Virus record (IMG/VR): IMGVR_UViG_3300030406_001449
Location: 1-60,306 of that record
Origin: a virus
Taxonomy: Duplodnaviria; Caudoviricetes
Reading direction: 5' to 3' (one strand)
Length of the DNA: 60,306 nt
The translations under genes were made by a program, and so were the position numbers. The notes under the pieces are model-generated. The model was not told the DNA's origin and did not search any database. It worked only from the letters and a program-made list of their open reading frames with translations. The stretch's first letter is position 1. Every line of letters begins with the position of its first letter. Of the stretch, positions 56,719 to 60,306 are shown piece after piece.

Positions 56719-57843
56719 ATGAGTTTTGGAAATTTTTTATCAGGTTTAGCCCCAGTAGCCGCAGGATTCTTAGCAGGTCCTGGAGCAACTGCATTATTAG
56801 CAGGGGCTGCCACAGGTGCAGGTATAGCATCACTAAGAGGTGAAGACCCATTAATGGGTGCTGTTACAGGTGGTCTTGGAGGATATGGTGGTGGTCAACT
56901 TGGTGGAGCTGCTATGGGTTCAGCACCAGCTACTGCTGGAGCGGGTGGTGCAACTTCAACTACATCTGGAATAAATGCATTAGCACCTACTAAGGGAACT
57001 ATAATGGGTGGTGCAACTCCAAGTGCAACAGTAGGTCCTTTAGGTGCTGCTCAAAGCACAGCCACTCCAACATACTCAGCAACTACAGCAGCTAAAAATT
57101 TATTTACCAGTCCAGGTAATGTTATAAGTAATTTAGGTGGCGGAGACATGACCACAGGTGCTCTAAAAGCAGGAGCTATTGGCTTACCTGCAATAGGTGG
57201 AGCAATGGTACCAGACATGACTACAGCTGATATGAACAAAGAAAAGTATGACCCTACTAAACGATTAAATTTAAATAGAAACACAGGATTAAGACTTTTA
57301 GCACAAGGTGGTTACATTGAAGATAGACACCCTACTCTTTCACGTACGCCTCCTGGTGAGCTTACTGAAGAAGAAATAAATTATTTTTATGACCTTGATG
57401 AAGATGAAGTTTCTGACCGTATGTATTTAAATAGATTACATAGAGAAAAGATGCAAAAATATATTGATGAGTATGATATGTCTCCTAGAGGTCAGTTGGA
57501 AACAATTATAGAAAATTTAAAAAAGCCTCCTCGGGGAATTGAAAAATTGTTTGATTCTATGACAAAAGATAAAGAAGGTATGCGAGAAGGTGGTTACTTA
57601 GAAACAGGCATGGGTGATGGAGTATCTGATGAAATACCAGCTAGTATTGATGGTGAGCAAGATGTGTTACTATCGGAAAATGAATTTGTTATACCTGCAG
57701 ATGTGGTTAGTGGGTTAGGTAATGGCTCTTCAGATGCAGGTGCAGAAAAACTTTTTAATATGATGGATAGAGTTAGAAAAGCCAGAACAGGCACTAAAAA
57801 AATGGGCAAAGAGATAAACGCAGAGAGGTTAATGCCAGCTTGA
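56719..57843 (+). CDS. Internal virion protein
   Basis: Gly/Ala-rich hydrophobic N-terminus; GDGVSDEIPA...LSENEFVIPADVVS.LGNGSSDAGA domain. Confidence 0.72.
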   Translation: MSFGNFLSGLAPVAAGFLAGPGATALLAGAATGAGIASLRGEDPLMGAVTGGLGGYGGGQLGGAAMGSAPATAGAGGATSTTSGINALAPTKGTIMGGATPSATVGPLGAAQSTATPTYSATTAAKNLFTSPGNVISNLGGGDMTTGALKAGAIGLPAIGGAMVPDMTTADMNKEKYDPTKRLNLNRNTGLRLLAQGGYIEDRHPTLSRTPPGELTEEEINYFYDLDEDEVSDRMYLNRLHREKMQKYIDEYDMSPRGQLETIIENLKKPPRGIEKLFDSMTKDKEGMREGGYLETGMGDGVSDEIPASIDGEQDVLLSENEFVIPADVVSGLGNGSSDAGAEKLFNMMDRVRKARTGTKKMGKEINAERLMPA

Positions 57844-58262
57844 AGAAAGCAACGATTGTTCCAAAAGAACATATCGCAGATGTTTGGGAAGATATAGAAG
57901 AGTATGTAAGAAACTGTGCTAAATATACATACGGTAGATTTACCGAACAAGATATACTGAGAGATGTGTTATTAAAAGACCAACAACTATGGGTATCTTT
58001 TGATACTGAAACTAAAAAGATTGTGGGTTTTTTAATAACAGAGGTAATACAGTATCCTCAAATAAAAATGTTAGTTATGCATTTTACAGGAGGAGAAGAC
58101 TTTAAAAGTTGGATACCTGATGGTCTACCAAAGATACAAAAGTTTGCAAGAGACAACGGATGTATTAAAATAGAGTCACATGGTAGACCAGGTTGGGAAA
58201 AGATGTGGAAAGAATATGGCTATAAAAAACGGTTCGTATTCTATGAATTACCAGTGGAGTAG
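57840..58262 (+). CDS. GNAT-fold acetyltransferase-like protein
   Basis: QLW..., FARDNGC..IE..GRPGW......GY; position among ejection genes as for T7 gp13-like proteins. Confidence 0.65.
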   Translation: MKKATIVPKEHIADVWEDIEEYVRNCAKYTYGRFTEQDILRDVLLKDQQLWVSFDTETKKIVGFLITEVIQYPQIKMLVMHFTGGEDFKSWIPDGLPKIQKFARDNGCIKIESHGRPGWEKMWKEYGYKKRFVFYELPVE

Positions 58263-58265
58263 TGG

Positions 58266-59537
58266 ATGTTGTTAAAGTTAGTACCAAATAAATTAAAAGT
58301 ATGGTTAATTAAATTACTATACAAAGACCTTGCGTCTAAAGGACGTATGGGTGATACCCGTCTAGCTCACATTAATGATTACGAAGCAGACTTATTAAAG
58401 TCAGTAGGTGGCTCAGGTACAATCAATCCCGCTACAGGACTGTTTGAGTATGGCGGTGGTGGTGGCAGTAGACAAACCACTTCAACTACAACAAATTTAC
58501 CTGAATATGCTAGACCTTTTTATGAAGAATTATTGACACAAACAGGTAAACAAACATATACCACAGACGCAGAAGGTAATGTGACTGGTGTTCAAGAATA
58601 TGTACCTTTTGAGGGTGATAGAATAGTAGGATTTACTCCAGAGCAACTAGCTGTGCAACAAGGTGTTATGAGTTTACAAACTCCTGAGCAATTTAGTACA
58701 GCTACGCAAACATTAGATGATGCTGGTACGATAGCGACAGCAGCAGGAGCACAAGGTATAACAGGAGCGTTGGGTTTTAATCCTGGTGCAGTAGAAAGTT
58801 TATCTATGGAAACTCCTGGTATGTTTGATGCTGCTGCTAGAGACCAATATATGAGTCCATTTAGTGAAGCAGTTACAGATAGAGCTATATTAGAAGCTCA
58901 AAGACAAAGAGATATAGCTAAAAGTCAAGCAGCTATGCAATCTATTGGCAGAGGCACATTTGGTAGTGGACGAGAGGCGTTATTGACTGCAGAAGCTGAT
59001 GCTCAAACTAGAGCATTAATAGCAGATTTGAGAGCTAAAGGACAACAAGATGCTTTCTTAAATGCTCAACAACAATTTGAAAAAGATAGAGCCGCTCGTA
59101 TGCGAGCTGATGAACAAACTCTTGCTGCTGAGAGAGAAAGAAGACAAATGGAGCAAGCAGGTGGTCAATTTGGTGCTAGACTACAAGCAGATTTAGGTCT
59201 TGGAGGATTAGGTGCTGGAATACAAGCAGGTACAGCTCAAAGTGGATTAGGGCGAGATACACAACTTGCTAATTTAGAAAGACTCAAAGCTCAGGCAACT
59301 ACTGCTGCTCAACAACAAGCATTAGACCAAGAGATTGCAAACTTAGAGTTTCAAAAATTTAAGGAAGAACAAGATTATCAAAGAAAATTATTGGAGTTTC
59401 AATCTAATATACTTCGTGGTCAAGCAGGTGCATTAGGCTCAACTGAAGTACAATATGCCCCTCGTCCTAGTTTAGCTAGTCAAGTAGGAGGATTAGGTAT
59501 TGCGGGTCTTGGATTATATAGAGAATTAGGTAGATAG
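58266..59537 (+). CDS. Internal virion/DNA pilot protein
   Basis: GRMGDTRLAHIN...GSGTINPATGL.EY; YMSPF; GTFGSGR; Gln/Ala-rich helices. Confidence 0.72.
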   Translation: MLLKLVPNKLKVWLIKLLYKDLASKGRMGDTRLAHINDYEADLLKSVGGSGTINPATGLFEYGGGGGSRQTTSTTTNLPEYARPFYEELLTQTGKQTYTTDAEGNVTGVQEYVPFEGDRIVGFTPEQLAVQQGVMSLQTPEQFSTATQTLDDAGTIATAAGAQGITGALGFNPGAVESLSMETPGMFDAAARDQYMSPFSEAVTDRAILEAQRQRDIAKSQAAMQSIGRGTFGSGREALLTAEADAQTRALIADLRAKGQQDAFLNAQQQFEKDRAARMRADEQTLAAERERRQMEQAGGQFGARLQADLGLGGLGAGIQAGTAQSGLGRDTQLANLERLKAQATTAAQQQALDQEIANLEFQKFKEEQDYQRKLLEFQSNILRGQAGALGSTEVQYAPRPSLASQVGGLGIAGLGLYRELGR

Positions 59538-59539
59538 TT

Positions 59540-60306
59540 ATGAATATTATACAGCTACAGGATAGACTAAAAACAGTACCAGATCAGGCTTTAGTTAATT
59601 ATGTTGAAAATCCTGTAGGAGAGGTGCCTATTTATTTAGCACTAGGAGAATTACAAAGACGTAGAGAAATGAAAAAAAGATTTCAAGCGTCTAAAAAAGG
59701 TTTACCTAGTGTAGCAGAACAACTTTTAGATGAAGTAAAACCAAAACCTGCTCCTTTAGGTATCGCATCAGTGGCTCCTGAAAATATGGCTCTTCCAGAG
59801 CAAGGTATAGGCACTCCACCAGAGACACCAGAAATAGACCCAAGACAAATGGCAGCGAGTGGTATAGCTGCTAACCCACAGTCAGCTGTAGGTGGTCCAG
59901 CTATGATGAAGGAAGGTGGGATTGTAGGGTATCAAACAGGTGGTAATATTGGGGATATAGACATGAGTGATTTTGAATACAGATATGGGAAATTAGGTGA
60001 TGCATTAGGTTCTCTTCGACCTAGAACGTATGGAAACGACCAATTTATACGATTTGGAGACCCTAGAACAGACCCTTTGTATTCTGCATATAGTGTAAAA
60101 AAAGCAACAGAAGAAGATAAAAAAGCTGGTGAAATGATAGATAGATTAACAGGTGTAAGTATTCCTCCAGTACCTGAAAATATAGCAGCCAAACGTGACG
60201 AATTAGCTGGAAAAACAGATGGTACAGGCGATGGCACACAAGCTGGTACAGGTACAGGTACAGGTACAGGTACAGGTACAGGTACAGGTACAGGTACAGG
60301 TACAGG
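59540..60306 (+). CDS. 5' part of an internal virion protein; runs off the window end and continues at position 1
   Basis: ATG at 59540, open to the end: MNIIQLQDRLK...MMKEGGIVGYQTGG...GTGTGT. Confidence 0.8.
   Translation, partial: MNIIQLQDRLKTVPDQALVNYVENPVGEVPIYLALGELQRRREMKKRFQASKKGLPSVAEQLLDEVKPKPAPLGIASVAPENMALPEQGIGTPPETPEIDPRQMAASGIAANPQSAVGGPAMMKEGGIVGYQTGGNIGDIDMSDFEYRYGKLGDALGSLRPRTYGNDQFIRFGDPRTDPLYSAYSVKKATEEDKKAGEMIDRLTGVSIPPVPENIAAKRDELAGKTDGTGDGTQAGTGTGTGTGTGTGTGTGTGT
60245..60306 (+). repeat. (GGTACA)n hexamer microsatellite encoding (Gly-Thr)n
   Basis: 10 perfect units plus GG at the window end. Confidence 0.95.

Noticed and set aside
1-60306. tRNA genes, introns/inteins, integrase, auxiliary metabolic genes
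   Set aside because: No cloverleaf or such motifs were seen by eye, and PolA, TerL and the helicase appear uninterrupted. A tRNAscan/HMM run is still needed to confirm.

Overview
The window is an essentially complete, circularly permuted genome (~60.3 kb, AT-rich) of a tailed dsDNA phage with podovirus-like organisation. The gene set and order resemble marine HTVC023P-type phages (from recall, not a search), and the host cannot be assigned. The minus strand from 6.9 to 28.7 kb carries early and replication genes: primase-DUF927 helicase, two SSB-like proteins, SNF2 helicase, PD-(D/E)XK nuclease, PolA (Leu762), VRR-NUC, a His-Me endonuclease, a MoxR AAA/VWA-peptidase module and many small ORFs. 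The plus strand from 29.8 kb, wrapping round to 6.9 kb, carries TerS/TerL, portal, GroES, scaffold, a Mu gpT-like major capsid, an array of small basic proteins, adaptors, tail fibres, holin/endolysin, tail tubular and ejection proteins, and a 2068-aa polyvalent protein. The two window ends join in frame inside a (GGTACA)n repeat. The most striking unexplained signal is a 20-bp palindrome, TCGTCGT-N6-ACGACGA, found in 10 copies only in the early region (18.5-28.9 kb), several of them inside ORFs. Also notable are small basic ORFs sharing a C-terminal RGxGxAxRG tag (two via a 99-bp direct repeat), a stereotyped translation-start cassette across early genes, and a double-pseudoknot RNA downstream of the capsid gene. 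All calls come from reading motifs by eye; no database searches were run.
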